A DNA stretch of 64,000 nucleotides from an uncultured virus (IMG/VR IMGVR_UViG_3300032050_000023) (IMGVR_UViG_3300032050_000023), one strand, 5' to 3'; counted from the stretch's first letter, positions 38,350-48,645 are shown. Notes: generated by a model not told the origin, from the letters alone. Program-made: numbers and translations.

Positions 38350-39129
38350 TTAAACATTTACAAGTTTTTCTATACCATTTTCAATATCCTCAAAAGATTT
38401 AATTGAAAACTTTAAAAATGGTTTTGGATTTTCCAAATCAATATAAGTATATTCTTTAGTTTCAAAGTCATAAACACCATATCCGTGATTTTTAATACTT
38501 TCCCCGATATTCTGTTGGATGGGACTTCCTATCATATACCCTTTACCAGTCTTAAACTTAAACTCTTGTCTTTTGTGAATGTCACCACACAATACAATAT
38601 CAAGTCCGTTGAACTTCTCAACATCATAAGCTTCCTCACCAAAGTCAAATCCCAAATCAGTTTTCATTCCTTGGATTGGTCCGTGAAACAAACCTACTTT
38701 TATACCTGTTGCAACATTCAAATCAGGTGGAACATTACCTTGATACTGTGAATACACACACCAACTGATGTTTTCATCCTCATACACACCTCTATCTTTG
38801 TAATAGAAAATGTTCTTATTATTTAACGAATTAATGATTGGTGTTAGAGCGTCCAACCTTTCAATATTATTTACAAGGAAATCATGGTTTCCAGGTATAA
38901 TAATAGTTGGGGCAATAAATGAACACTCTAACAATAACCATCTAACCATCTCAATAAGTTCAGGTGTCATTTGATTTTTAGAATGAACCAAGTCACCAGT
39001 GAAAACTATTCTATCAGGATTTATTTCTCTCCATTGATTAATTGCGTTTTCCAATATTGACTTATATAGGTCGTGGTCTTTATAGAGGCGAATATGTAAA
39101 TCAGAAAAATGTACTATTTTTTTTATCAT
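38350..39129 (-). CDS. SbcD/Mre11/gp47-like nuclease (metallophosphoesterase)
   Basis: SDLH, TGDL, PGNHD, FHG, GDIHK, GSPIQQNIGE. Confidence 0.85.
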   Translation of the reverse strand: MIKKIVHFSDLHIRLYKDHDLYKSILENAINQWREINPDRIVFTGDLVHSKNQMTPELIEMVRWLLLECSFIAPTIIIPGNHDFLVNNIERLDALTPIINSLNNKNIFYYKDRGVYEDENISWCVYSQYQGNVPPDLNVATGIKVGLFHGPIQGMKTDLGFDFGEEAYDVEKFNGLDIVLCGDIHKRQEFKFKTGKGYMIGSPIQQNIGESIKNHGYGVYDFETKEYTYIDLENPKPFLKFSIKSFEDIENGIEKLVNV

Positions 39130-39169
39130 ATGTTAAATATATGAAAATATATCTAACTTGTCAATCAAC

Positions 39170-39196
39170 AAAAAACCCACCTTTTTGGGGTGGGTT
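39170..39196 (-). terminator. intrinsic terminator
   Basis: AACCCACC/GGTGGGTT stem with T-tract on the minus strand. Confidence 0.7.
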
Positions 39197-39202
39197 AATT
39201 TT

Positions 39203-39445
39203 TTATTTTCTATATTTTCTCATGTTTTTTTCAAACATCTGAAGTTTTTCTATAACTTCTGATAAACCATCCATAGTAGATTCAATTTCGAAAATATTGT
39301 CACCTCTTCTTTGTTTAATATTAATCTCATATCCTCTACCCTTTATTGTACTTACATTACTACCTTTTTCGGAATCGTCCTCTCTTAAAACACGACCAAC
39401 AACACGATTCATATCTTGATTTGTAAATCTAACAATTTTTTCCAT
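39203..39445 (-). CDS. leader-bearing small protein
   Basis: Start re-set to MEKIVRFTNQDMNRVVGRVLRED. Confidence 0.65.
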   Translation of the reverse strand: MEKIVRFTNQDMNRVVGRVLREDDSEKGSNVSTIKGRGYEINIKQRRGDNIFEIESTMDGLSEVIEKLQMFEKNMRKYRK

Positions 39446-39452
39446 ATTTTTT

Positions 39453-39770
39453 TTATTTACAAAATTGATCGTAAATTGCTTGAGATTCTTCTTGTGTAAT
39501 TTTAGTGGATGGATGAAGTGCGTATTTACCTTGTTCGTGTCGACCACAATAAAACATTTGACCCGCACCAGAATCTTCAGTCTGAACAAAAATAGCCTCT
39601 GAATCTTGTTCTGATGGTGTGAATTTAAAAATCCTTTTTCCGTTACTCATTGTAGACCCAACTTGTCCTGACCCACCACCACCAGATTTAACAGTGTCTT
39701 CTTGTTCTTTGATAACTCTTCTAACAATTCTAGTCAAGTCTCTTTCTGTTAATCTTACAATTCTTTTCAT
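39453..39770 (-). CDS. leader-bearing small protein
   Basis: MKRIVRLTERDLTRIVRRVIKEQ; TATTTAT at 39804-39810. Confidence 0.7.
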   Translation of the reverse strand: MKRIVRLTERDLTRIVRRVIKEQEDTVKSGGGGSGQVGSTMSNGKRIFKFTPSEQDSEAIFVQTEDSGAGQMFYCGRHEQGKYALHPSTKITQEESQAIYDQFCK

Positions 39771-39848
39771 GTATATTAATTATTTTTTATTTATTTTTTA
39801 TTAATAAATATATCGGTGTAAAGAAAAAAATATTAATTTTGTACTATC

Positions 39849-40475
39849 ATGAAAAAAATTGTTTTTTTATTTTTGGCTTATACTAGTTTTTGTTACTCTC
39901 AAGAATTAGATTACACCTCTTATTTAAAAGAGATTGCATTTTCAAGTGAATATGATTATGACACGTCTTCATACAAATGGAACAATAATATTATAATTTA
40001 TGTCGAGGATTATTTTAATGACCCTCAATATAGAAAAGACATTGATCTCGACATATGTCAGTTGGAATATGAATTAACGAATATTGTTTCAGAATTAAAT
40101 TGTTTAATTTCTAATTTTGATATATACATAACAAAAAATAAAGATAGTTCTAATTTTAGAATCTATTTAGGATCGGATAAATGGTATAATTCTGAAGTTT
40201 ATTTGAGTAAAAACAAAACGGTGGTTGATTTGGGGTTATTTTTGGTTCATGTAAAAAACAACACAATATATAAAGGTACTATGTATGTTGACATATATCG
40301 AACAAAAAATATTGATGAAAAAAAACATTTACTTCGTGAAGAACTAACACAGTCTTTAGGTTTTTTTAATGATTCATGGCGATACCCTGAAAGTATATTC
40401 TTTCAGGGATGGACTAAAACTACAAGTTATTCAGAAATAGACAAAAAGATAATCAGTATGTTTTACAGCAAATAA
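39849..40475 (+). CDS. secreted DUF2927-like (zincin-related) protein
   Basis: Signal peptide; LLREELTQSLGFFNDS...ESIF. Confidence 0.6.
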   Translation: MKKIVFLFLAYTSFCYSQELDYTSYLKEIAFSSEYDYDTSSYKWNNNIIIYVEDYFNDPQYRKDIDLDICQLEYELTNIVSELNCLISNFDIYITKNKDSSNFRIYLGSDKWYNSEVYLSKNKTVVDLGLFLVHVKNNTIYKGTMYVDIYRTKNIDEKKHLLREELTQSLGFFNDSWRYPESIFFQGWTKTTSYSEIDKKIISMFYSK

Positions 40476-40479
40476 TTTT

Positions 40480-40692
40480 TTAACAAGTTACGTCAAAAGG
40501 AGGTTCATACGGGTTTGGTTTAATAGGTAATGGATTTATATCTTTATACCTTTTAAAATCATCAATCCATTTTTGTTCATCTGAAATAACTTCAGACATT
40601 TTTTCTACAATAGGTGTGATACTTATATGTTCGTTTTCCAATTTATTATGTAAGTACCCTTCCAACCAAATATAAAACTCTCTATAATTCAT
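40480..40692 (-). CDS. hypothetical protein
   Basis: MNYREFYIWLEGY. Confidence 0.6.
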   Translation of the reverse strand: MNYREFYIWLEGYLHNKLENEHISITPIVEKMSEVISDEQKWIDDFKRYKDINPLPIKPNPYEPPFDVTC

Positions 40693-40910
40693 TACTTATC
40701 GAATAATTCAAAATCTTTATTTACGTGTCCACATTCATTACACATATATGTTGGGAAAGGGACTAATGTATCTTCATGACTACCCGTTAGTAATTTTGGT
40801 ACTTTTTTAATGAGTACTATCTCTTTGAAAAACTTTCCTTCACATTTCTCACAAATAACCGTTTCTTGTTTTTTTAAGTCAATTTTAGGTCTTATAATAT
40901 TATCTTCCAT
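40692..40910 (-). CDS. small zinc-ribbon protein
   Basis: CEKC...CNECGH. Confidence 0.7.
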   Translation of the reverse strand: MEDNIIRPKIDLKKQETVICEKCEGKFFKEIVLIKKVPKLLTGSHEDTLVPFPTYMCNECGHVNKDFELFDK

Positions 40911-40914
40911 AATT

Positions 40915-41166
40915 TTAATCTTCTAAATATAATGTGAATGTTTCATCACCCATTTTATCTTTTATAATCTCTTTGTTGAACATGATTTCATCTGCAAGAT
41001 TTCCCTCACTACCATCTTTTAATTCAAACTCATACATATTCTCATTTAGGTAATCAAGAACCTCTTCTTCTGACATTCCTTCCAATTCAGGGTAATCCTC
41101 TGGGTTAATTTCAATTGGTTCATAAGATTCCCACATCTCATATGAACGTGTCATTCTAATTTTCAT
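40915..41166 (-). CDS. small acidic hypothetical protein
   Basis: 83 aa, E-rich. Confidence 0.6.
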   Translation of the reverse strand: MKIRMTRSYEMWESYEPIEINPEDYPELEGMSEEEVLDYLNENMYEFELKDGSEGNLADEIMFNKEIIKDKMGDETFTLYLED

Positions 41167-41277
41167 TTTACTATATAATTAACTTTTATTTTTCCTATCC
41201 CAAAATAATCCCAAGTGGTGGTTGTATACCAAACCATTTCAATTGCATCTTCCATATCCAATTATAATTTAATTAAT

Positions 41278-42135
41278 TTATTTTTTCAACAGTTTTTTAA
41301 TGTCCATATCTAATATGGTATTCATTGTTAATTTATCAACCCTATACTCAACAAATTCTCTTTCTTCAGTCACTCTCACAATGATACAACCCAATAAAGG
41401 AATGTTCTCGTATTTTGTTCCTTCTAACATTTTAATCAACAATTTTCCGTATAATGGTAGTTGTGTTTTATAATGTCCGAGAGCGTTGTTTGGTAAGTGT
41501 TCAAATGGTTTTCTCATTGGTTTGATGTACTTTTGTACAATAAAGTTTTTCTCTTTATTACTTTTCCAATCTGTTATTAAAAGTCCAATTTGACCTGATG
41601 TTCCAACTACTAACCATACCTTATCTGGTTGTCCCGTATAACCTAATTCAGGATGTCCCAAAACAATTTCCGTATCTAATAAAACACAACCTCTTTCTTT
41701 TAACAAATCGATGTATTTTTTTCCTCCGACAATCATTGAGTCACTTGTCATCAACTGTTGTATATCTACATCAAATATTGGTTGTCTTACTTGTTTATCA
41801 ATACCAAATTCTTTAAGGGTATGTTCTTCTAAAAAGTAATGGACTCGTGAACCCATGTTTGTTGATTTCCTACCCTTCTCTGCCCACTCAGATAATATTC
41901 TTTCAGTTTCATCGGGATCTCCACCAGCCATTTCAAATGCCTTCTTATCTGCAGGAAACTCATCATAAAACAACTTCATAACCTTCGATACAGATGGGAA
42001 GTCAGTTCTTAACTTCCCATCCAAATCAACCATTGTATATTTATGGGCTTCCTCCTCAAATGTTAGTTGGAGTTCTCCTCTTTTTTTATTTAAGATTTCT
42101 CTAATCTCTTTTGCTATTTCTTGTAAATCCATCAA
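41278..42135 (-). CDS. PD-(D/E)XK (RecB-like) exonuclease
   Basis: PSVS, GSRVH, TE, GQPD, ITDWKS, QLPLY. Confidence 0.8.
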   Translation of the reverse strand: MMDLQEIAKEIREILNKKRGELQLTFEEEAHKYTMVDLDGKLRTDFPSVSKVMKLFYDEFPADKKAFEMAGGDPDETERILSEWAEKGRKSTNMGSRVHYFLEEHTLKEFGIDKQVRQPIFDVDIQQLMTSDSMIVGGKKYIDLLKERGCVLLDTEIVLGHPELGYTGQPDKVWLVVGTSGQIGLLITDWKSNKEKNFIVQKYIKPMRKPFEHLPNNALGHYKTQLPLYGKLLIKMLEGTKYENIPLLGCIIVRVTEEREFVEYRVDKLTMNTILDMDIKKLLKK

Positions 42136-43034
42136 TCTCTAATTTCAACGTAATATTCATCAATCTGTCCTTTCAAATCACAGACATCTCTATCTTTTGG
42201 TAGTTTGAGTATTTTAATTCTTTGATATAATTCCCCACCGTTTAATTCGTGATATAATTGGACGGCATTATCCCATGCGTCACCATCCAAACAAATTATA
42301 ACATTTCCTTTTGCTTTATTGTAGATTGTTTCAAACAATAATTCTGACATATGTTTTCCAAGCATTACAACTGGATTATCTAAAAACATTCCATCGAACG
42401 CTCCTTCAACAAGATATATATCTTTATCCCAATCAATCAGACTTTCCCAAAATATAATTTTTTCTTTTTCTGCTTCAGGGTTTCTATATTTTGCTCTACT
42501 AAATGTGTCCCAACTTCTACCAACATAATAATTTAATTTTCCATTTGAGTCATAGGACGGAATGATTATTCTTCCAGCATGACTACCCTTATCGCAAAAC
42601 CCAATTTGATATTTTTCAATCATATAATCGGAAATTCCCCGATTATATAGGTAATTTATGGCTTGTTTTCTAACTGGATATACGGGATGTGAGTCTTTGA
42701 ATGTCGTAAAGTTATCGGGAAGAACAACTTTTGGTTTTTTCTTTTTAACTACCCTTTCTTCTGTGTCGAGACTAAGAATTCGATAAAGTTTCTTTTGTTT
42801 TCTTGTACCGTATTTGTCAAAAAATTTTGATAATGAACCATGTGTTCCCTCACTATCACCACAAGCCCAACATTTATAGACATTGTTGAAATAATTAACT
42901 TCTAAGTTGTGTTTATTTCTATCTTCATCGCAGACGGGACAATTAAAGGATATTTGTCCTCTATTAGGATAATGAAGTCCGTGTTCACCCAAAACCTCCT
43001 CTAATAATTCAACTAATGCCTCTTGTTCGTCCAT
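42132..43034 (-). CDS. DNA primase (zinc finger plus TOPRIM)
   Basis: CPVC..H..CWAC, RIIIP, KYRNP, LVEGAFD, LDGDA. Confidence 0.88.
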   Translation of the reverse strand: MDEQEALVELLEEVLGEHGLHYPNRGQISFNCPVCDEDRNKHNLEVNYFNNVYKCWACGDSEGTHGSLSKFFDKYGTRKQKKLYRILSLDTEERVVKKKKPKVVLPDNFTTFKDSHPVYPVRKQAINYLYNRGISDYMIEKYQIGFCDKGSHAGRIIIPSYDSNGKLNYYVGRSWDTFSRAKYRNPEAEKEKIIFWESLIDWDKDIYLVEGAFDGMFLDNPVVMLGKHMSELLFETIYNKAKGNVIICLDGDAWDNAVQLYHELNGGELYQRIKILKLPKDRDVCDLKGQIDEYYVEIRD

Positions 43035-43119
43035 TCATTTAATGATAACTGAAATATTTCATTTATTCAACTACACAAGATTTTTTGATTTTCTATATTT
43101 ATAAGAGATATTCGAATAT

Positions 43120-43335
43120 ATGCCAACTTTAGTAACTATAAGCAGTTTAACTGGTTCTTCACCTTATGATGTTTGGGTTTGCAACTCAGCATCCACAGGT
43201 TGTATTTACGTATCCACAATCTCGTCAGCACCTTATTCTTTTAATGTTCCAGACATATATTCAGAATTAAGTGTTTTCGTTTTGAAAATTATAGACAATA
43301 ATAACTGTATAAAAACAGATACAATAACCGTTTAG
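43120..43335 (+). CDS. small beta-rich putative virion protein
   Basis: PYDVWVC...C...KIIDNNNC module, shared with 53537..53842 and the N-terminus of 53844..56024; TATTTAT at 43096. Confidence 0.6.
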   Translation: MPTLVTISSLTGSSPYDVWVCNSASTGCIYVSTISSAPYSFNVPDIYSELSVFVLKIIDNNNCIKTDTITV

Positions 43336-43336
43336 T

Positions 43337-44779
43337 ATGACTTGCCCTACCGAATACTGTATTTCAGGAACAACAATTTATGACGACAACTACACAGAAG
43401 CGGGTACTTACTTGTTTTACCCTTATTATACAGGTTCTAATGGGACTTATGTTATATATTTTTCTTCATCAGAAAATAGATGGTGTGTTTCAACAAGTTT
43501 AGGGGGTTCTTGTGATTTATTCGGTCCTCCAAGTTGTAATTTTGACAGTCCTTGTCCTAATTTGTGTGATACTTTTTTCTTTAATGGATATTGTGTTGTC
43601 TCACCCACTACAACAACTTTGGAATCTTGTGGTATTATAGATTTTGACGCATATTTTAATTGTGATGTACCAGTTTCACCTACACCTACTCCGTCTATTA
43701 CACCAACAATAACACCAACACCAACTCCAACAGCATCTAATGTTTGTAATGTTTTAGATTTTACCGCTGGCGGAATAACATATACACCAACACCTACACC
43801 AACTATTAGTAATACACCAATGCCAACACCAACACCGACAAATGAATGTTTTGTTGGTGGTTTGGTAACTTTTAATATCATTGATGATTATATCAGATGT
43901 TCTAACAGTAAGAAGTTTGTAGATTGTTTTACAGGTAAAGATTATTACACGTCAGAACTTTTACTTTTAAGTGGTCAAACACCAAATGAAGGTTATGTTT
44001 ATGAATTAATAATAAACAATAAAACAGTATGTGCATCATTTGTTGGTTTAGTTGATAATATATCAGGTGTTGACAACATTGAAATAGTTCGTGAGATCGG
44101 TTTAAGTTCTCAAGGTGCTTGTATTCAATGTGTGCCTATTCAATCAAACACTCCAACACCAACAATAACACCAACCCCAACACCTACACCAACACAGGCA
44201 ATTCCTTGTTTTGAATGCAAAACTGTAAGTAACTTACCTCAACCGGGTAACTCAATAGTAATAAATGGTGTCACGTTGAGTGCAACAGGTACTGGTTCAA
44301 TAGAAGAGGGTATTTTTGGAGGTTTCTTACCATATTGCGTAGGTGAACCTGCGGTGATGGATGGTTACTTATCTTTGGGAAGTAATTCATTAAACCCAAC
44401 CGCAAATCCTAATCCTTTCAATTATACTTTAACATTTGGTTCACCTGTAAATAATGTAGTAATAAGATTGTTAGGTTATGAATATGTAAGTCCAACAGTG
44501 TTTGAGTCTTTCAGGTTTGTAACAAACGGTGGTGGGGTGACTATTACATCATGTGAATATTGTTGTGCGGAAATTATAGATACTTTAATAAAAGCAACAC
44601 CTTGTAATGATCCGATTCATGGTAACACAATAGGTGGTGGAGTTTTCAAAATAACCTCACCTAGTTCATACACAACATTAACCATTCTTGGTGACAACCC
44701 TCCTATATTGGGTGGAACTGCTGTTGATATATGTGACGTGTCAATTACACCATCAGTTCCTGTTCAACCTATACCATAA
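43337..44779 (+). CDS. Cys-rich Pro/Thr-repeat putative virion protein
   Basis: Three PTPT tracts separating Cys-rich beta domains. Confidence 0.65.
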   Translation: MTCPTEYCISGTTIYDDNYTEAGTYLFYPYYTGSNGTYVIYFSSSENRWCVSTSLGGSCDLFGPPSCNFDSPCPNLCDTFFFNGYCVVSPTTTTLESCGIIDFDAYFNCDVPVSPTPTPSITPTITPTPTPTASNVCNVLDFTAGGITYTPTPTPTISNTPMPTPTPTNECFVGGLVTFNIIDDYIRCSNSKKFVDCFTGKDYYTSELLLLSGQTPNEGYVYELIINNKTVCASFVGLVDNISGVDNIEIVREIGLSSQGACIQCVPIQSNTPTPTITPTPTPTPTQAIPCFECKTVSNLPQPGNSIVINGVTLSATGTGSIEEGIFGGFLPYCVGEPAVMDGYLSLGSNSLNPTANPNPFNYTLTFGSPVNNVVIRLLGYEYVSPTVFESFRFVTNGGGVTITSCEYCCAEIIDTLIKATPCNDPIHGNTIGGGVFKITSPSSYTTLTILGDNPPILGGTAVDICDVSITPSVPVQPIP

Positions 44780-44784
44780 AAAAA

Positions 44785-44808
44785 AATATCGTCTAAAAAG
44801 ACGATATT
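44785..44808. terminator. hairpin between convergent genes
   Basis: AATATCGTCT-aaaa-AGACGATATT. Confidence 0.6.
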
Positions 44809-44834
44809 CTAAATTATCGGTGTTTTAAATGATA

Positions 44835-45434
44835 TTATTTCCAAATTTCTTTTGATTTCATATAACCTAAAACACAAGTATAAGCATCTGTTTGGTCAAA
44901 ATTTTCTTTCTTTAATGTATTATTTTTGGTATATCCCCATTTTATTTGTGGTTCTTTTTTTGCAACTTTTTCCCATATTAACATTTTTTTATCAACGTCT
45001 TTAGGTAACCCTCCAAATAAAACGTGTTTTCCTTTGTCATTTTCTTGTACTAACTCAGGAAACGCATATTTTCTTGAATTATATGTTGATATAAATTCAG
45101 GTACAACATTTATGGTTTCATATATCTCTTTAAAAACAAAACTATTAAACCTTAACAAAGTTTGTATTGTATAAACATTATTGGAATTTATTAATGGTTC
45201 TTCAATAACAACACTTACAATACCTAAATTTTTATATTGTATTAACTTTTCTTTAAAAATCTCACACTTCAGTAACAACTCTTTGAGTTTGTCGTCTTCT
45301 TTCATTTTGGGTCTTGGCGATATATGTGTCAATTCCAATAACTCTTGAGTTTGTATGTCAAATAACGCCCAACCAATTGTTTTGGTGGATATGTCCAACC
45401 CCAATACTTTGGGTGAGTTCTTTATTTTTTTCAT
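44835..45434 (-). CDS. RuvC-like Holliday junction resolvase
   Basis: VLGLDISTKTIGWA, VVIEEP, DQTDA RNase H-fold catalytic pattern. Confidence 0.8.
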   Translation of the reverse strand: MKKIKNSPKVLGLDISTKTIGWALFDIQTQELLELTHISPRPKMKEDDKLKELLLKCEIFKEKLIQYKNLGIVSVVIEEPLINSNNVYTIQTLLRFNSFVFKEIYETINVVPEFISTYNSRKYAFPELVQENDKGKHVLFGGLPKDVDKKMLIWEKVAKKEPQIKWGYTKNNTLKKENFDQTDAYTCVLGYMKSKEIWK

Positions 45435-45479
45435 AAATGTTTTTATAAGAAAATAACTTATGTTGTTGAAAAATGAATA

Positions 45480-48400
45480 TTAAAAGTCAATCTTCACAAG
45501 ATACTGTTGTATTCCTTGTCTCAATACTGGAGATTGTAACTTTGACATAACTAAAACGTTTTTTTCTTCGTCCAATAAAGCTATTTCAGTGACATATGAG
45601 TTAGTTCCTGGTGTCCAACTTGGGTTTGTTGTGTTAAGGAACTCTGTGAAAGAAAGATTTATTTTATATTTCATTTCATATATTGTTGCCATGATATCCG
45701 TTTCTAATGAACCATAAAAATAGTATTCATCTCCAAAGTTCAAGTCCACACCCTCATTACCTAAACGAGTTAGATTAATATACTTACCTAAATCATAATA
45801 AGGAGCTTTATCGTATAATTCTTTAGTTATAACAAAAGTGGTGGATGTTAATGAGTCTTGTGTAACACCCAAACTTAATGTATTTGTGTAGTCAATTATT
45901 TTCCAATTAGACGGATTAGGTCTTTGTCCTGTTGGTACTTTTTGTGCTATTATCTCAAATCTTTCGGCAAAGAAACCTTGTGGAATGTCACATATTGGTG
46001 GACAGATAGTTGTAGTAGTTGTTGTTATGGGTATGAAAGTAGTTGTAGTTGTTAAAATATTTTCAGTTGTTGTAGTTGTTAACGGATTAAATGTCGTTGT
46101 TGTTGTTACAGGATTATTAAACCCTAAACAATTAAACTCTCTTCCGAATCTTACTGCAACATTTTGAGAAACGTTAGGTGTACAATCATTATTGTTTCCA
46201 ACTTGTTTTACATAATAATTTGAATGTAACGAATTTGTGTTACAGTTATTATTAGTAAATCTGTACGTAACATACATAGTTTCACCATGCCCTGTAAGTA
46301 CGCCCATTGCTGTTGTAGAAGGTTGTCCACAAGTGTTTGGTGTGATTAAAGATAATTGAGGAGCAGGTAATGTCCAGTTTCTATTTGACTTGTAGGACAT
46401 TGCCGCAACTAACTCTTCATCATCAATAATAATTAATTTACTATCAGGGAATACTTTACCAACTCTGTTAGGCATTCCATCAATATTTTTATTTGTATCC
46501 CACAAATGATAATACCTTATACCAGGATTATTCATATCATCATTTTTGGTTGTTTGGATATATCTGACTTTAAATAACTCCAAATTATCAAATCCTGGTG
46601 GGTCAACCCAAAAAGTTTGACCAAAACAACATTGTGGATTTTTGTGCCACATTAACCAAGGAATATGTACCTTAAAGTTTCTTGCTTGTCCTGTTGTATC
46701 ATCAGGGTTAGATGGGTCATAAGGTTCTAAAGCAAATTTTTCACCATAGAAAAAATCAATTGTTTGATTTGTGTAGTGAACTATAGCAATAGATTTTTGT
46801 TCTTCTGGTAGTACCTTTACTACTTCACCTAAAGAATTATAAAAGAATGTATCAGTAGTTTCGGCACTTAAAGTATTATTAATAAAAAATGTTTGACCTG
46901 AACTTGAGTTATATCCAAAATATTCTTTACTACCGATGTAATCTATCGATCCAAAGTACTCATACCCTTCATACTTTGATGGTAACATTCCCGCTGGATT
47001 TTCTGTCCAAGGAATGTTCATATTCCATATTTTTACATCAAATTGGTCTGTATCACAAATTGATTCAAAATCTATAACTTGCTCACCCCAATGTGGATTT
47101 GGTGTAATACTATCATATATTGATGTCATGTTTGGGGGATAGACTAAAGTTCTAGCCAAACAATTAGAGTGCGCAACTCCACAAAAATCTGGTGTATTTC
47201 TATCTAATGTTAATGTATTTTCACAAACATCTAAAATTCTATATGTTAATATTTGATAACAGGAGTTCATTGGTACCAAACAAGTTGGCGGTGGTGGCGC
47301 TGGACATAATCTACTTGGTGTTGGTGTTAAACACGGTGTTTTTGATGGGGTAGGTGTAGGAGTTGGTGAAGCACACGGGTCATAATTTTTTGTAACTGAT
47401 GGTGTAGGTGTTGGGGTTGGTGTGGTTGTTTCTCCAAATATTTGATTATCTAAAGCCACAGGACAAAGACCTCCAACACAAGGTAAACCTACTACAACAA
47501 CAATACTACCACTAAGTTCAACCGGAAAAGTTCTAGAACAAATGTCAATTCCAAACCTACTTCCTGGAAGTGGTATTATTTCCTCAATTCCATCACAATT
47601 TGTTATTAAAACATCCGCACCACCGGTACTTTGTACATTATAACATATACATTCAGGTGAACCTGGTGAAGGTGAAACACTAACCGTTGGGGTTGGGGTT
47701 GGTGGGATTTCCACACAAACACCATTAATACACTGACCAATTAATGATACTGTTACAGTTCCTCTAGTAACATTATATGGTTCTACAGTTGAACATAAAA
47801 TAACATTTTCCCCAACAGTTAAAAATATATTTCTTACTGTGTTTTCACAATCAATATATTCTACTAACTCACCTTCAAAACTATTATTTGTGACCTCATA
47901 ACAATTACATTGTACGGGAACATTAGTTGTTGGGGTAACACTTATCGTTGGCGTAATTGTTGGTGTAACACTTATCGTTGGCGTAATTGTTGGTGTAACA
48001 CTTATCGTTGGCGTAATTGTTGGTGTTGGTGTAGGTGTTGGTGAGGGTAAGTTAGTACACTCACAATTATACTTACCATTACCATCATAATAAATTGTTA
48101 TAAAATCACCAATTGATGGTGTTTTAATATTAAATGTATTACAACCTGAATATATTATATCAATCTTATTTGACCCATTGAGTGTTGACATATCAACAAC
48201 ATAATTAGACGTAACAACATATTGGTCATTCGTTAAAGCGCTCCATGTAATAGTTTGTGCTGTTGTATTTCCACTAAAAAACCCTCTAAGTGGAGCTCTA
48301 TTATAAACAGGGTCAACAGTTGAGTCCATATATGGTATACCATATGTTGACCCACTACTCCCGTCCACATAATAAGGATATTTAATATTTTGTCTATTTG

Positions 48401-48617
48401 ATTCTGGTACACCAGCCGAGTTTTGACTATTAAAAGCTGGTTCTAAAACAAATGAATTAGAATAATTATAATTTGTTGGTAATTTATCATAGGATACTTC
48501 ACTATCTCCTATTTGGAAATAGGCAACATTAAACCTTCCTTGTGAAAGTTTTTTTCTTCCTGTGTCAGTTACTCTTGTGTTAACTAATCCTGAAGTATTT
48601 TTAATGATATAAGCCAT
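45480..48617 (-). CDS. large tail/baseplate-associated protein with PT repeats
   Basis: N-terminal TDTGRKKL..YFQIGDSE and C-terminal VTEIALLD..VLVMSKL resemble the two halves of a tail-collar/fibre base domain; PT and poly-T tracts. Confidence 0.6.
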   Translation of the reverse strand: MAYIIKNTSGLVNTRVTDTGRKKLSQGRFNVAYFQIGDSEVSYDKLPTNYNYSNSFVLEPAFNSQNSAGVPESNRQNIKYPYYVDGSSGSTYGIPYMDSTVDPVYNRAPLRGFFSGNTTAQTITWSALTNDQYVVTSNYVVDMSTLNGSNKIDIIYSGCNTFNIKTPSIGDFITIYYDGNGKYNCECTNLPSPTPTPTPTITPTISVTPTITPTISVTPTITPTISVTPTTNVPVQCNCYEVTNNSFEGELVEYIDCENTVRNIFLTVGENVILCSTVEPYNVTRGTVTVSLIGQCINGVCVEIPPTPTPTVSVSPSPGSPECICYNVQSTGGADVLITNCDGIEEIIPLPGSRFGIDICSRTFPVELSGSIVVVVGLPCVGGLCPVALDNQIFGETTTPTPTPTPSVTKNYDPCASPTPTPTPSKTPCLTPTPSRLCPAPPPPTCLVPMNSCYQILTYRILDVCENTLTLDRNTPDFCGVAHSNCLARTLVYPPNMTSIYDSITPNPHWGEQVIDFESICDTDQFDVKIWNMNIPWTENPAGMLPSKYEGYEYFGSIDYIGSKEYFGYNSSSGQTFFINNTLSAETTDTFFYNSLGEVVKVLPEEQKSIAIVHYTNQTIDFFYGEKFALEPYDPSNPDDTTGQARNFKVHIPWLMWHKNPQCCFGQTFWVDPPGFDNLELFKVRYIQTTKNDDMNNPGIRYYHLWDTNKNIDGMPNRVGKVFPDSKLIIIDDEELVAAMSYKSNRNWTLPAPQLSLITPNTCGQPSTTAMGVLTGHGETMYVTYRFTNNNCNTNSLHSNYYVKQVGNNNDCTPNVSQNVAVRFGREFNCLGFNNPVTTTTTFNPLTTTTTENILTTTTTFIPITTTTTTICPPICDIPQGFFAERFEIIAQKVPTGQRPNPSNWKIIDYTNTLSLGVTQDSLTSTTFVITKELYDKAPYYDLGKYINLTRLGNEGVDLNFGDEYYFYGSLETDIMATIYEMKYKINLSFTEFLNTTNPSWTPGTNSYVTEIALLDEEKNVLVMSKLQSPVLRQGIQQYLVKIDF
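47927..48026. repeat. 30-bp tandem repeat, about 3.3 copies, encoding TITPTISVTP
   Basis: cttatcgttggcgtaattgttggtgtaaca repeated near-perfectly. Confidence 0.9.
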
Positions 48618-48645
48618 TTAAGATATAAATATTATACAATTATTT

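Noticed and set aside
41278..42135. Cas4 of a CRISPR system
   Set aside because: Lacks the Fe-S cysteine cluster, sits next to the primase, and no array is present
44835..45434. TnpB/transposase RuvC domain
   Set aside because: Only 199 aa, no zinc ribbon or element ends; fits a stand-alone resolvase
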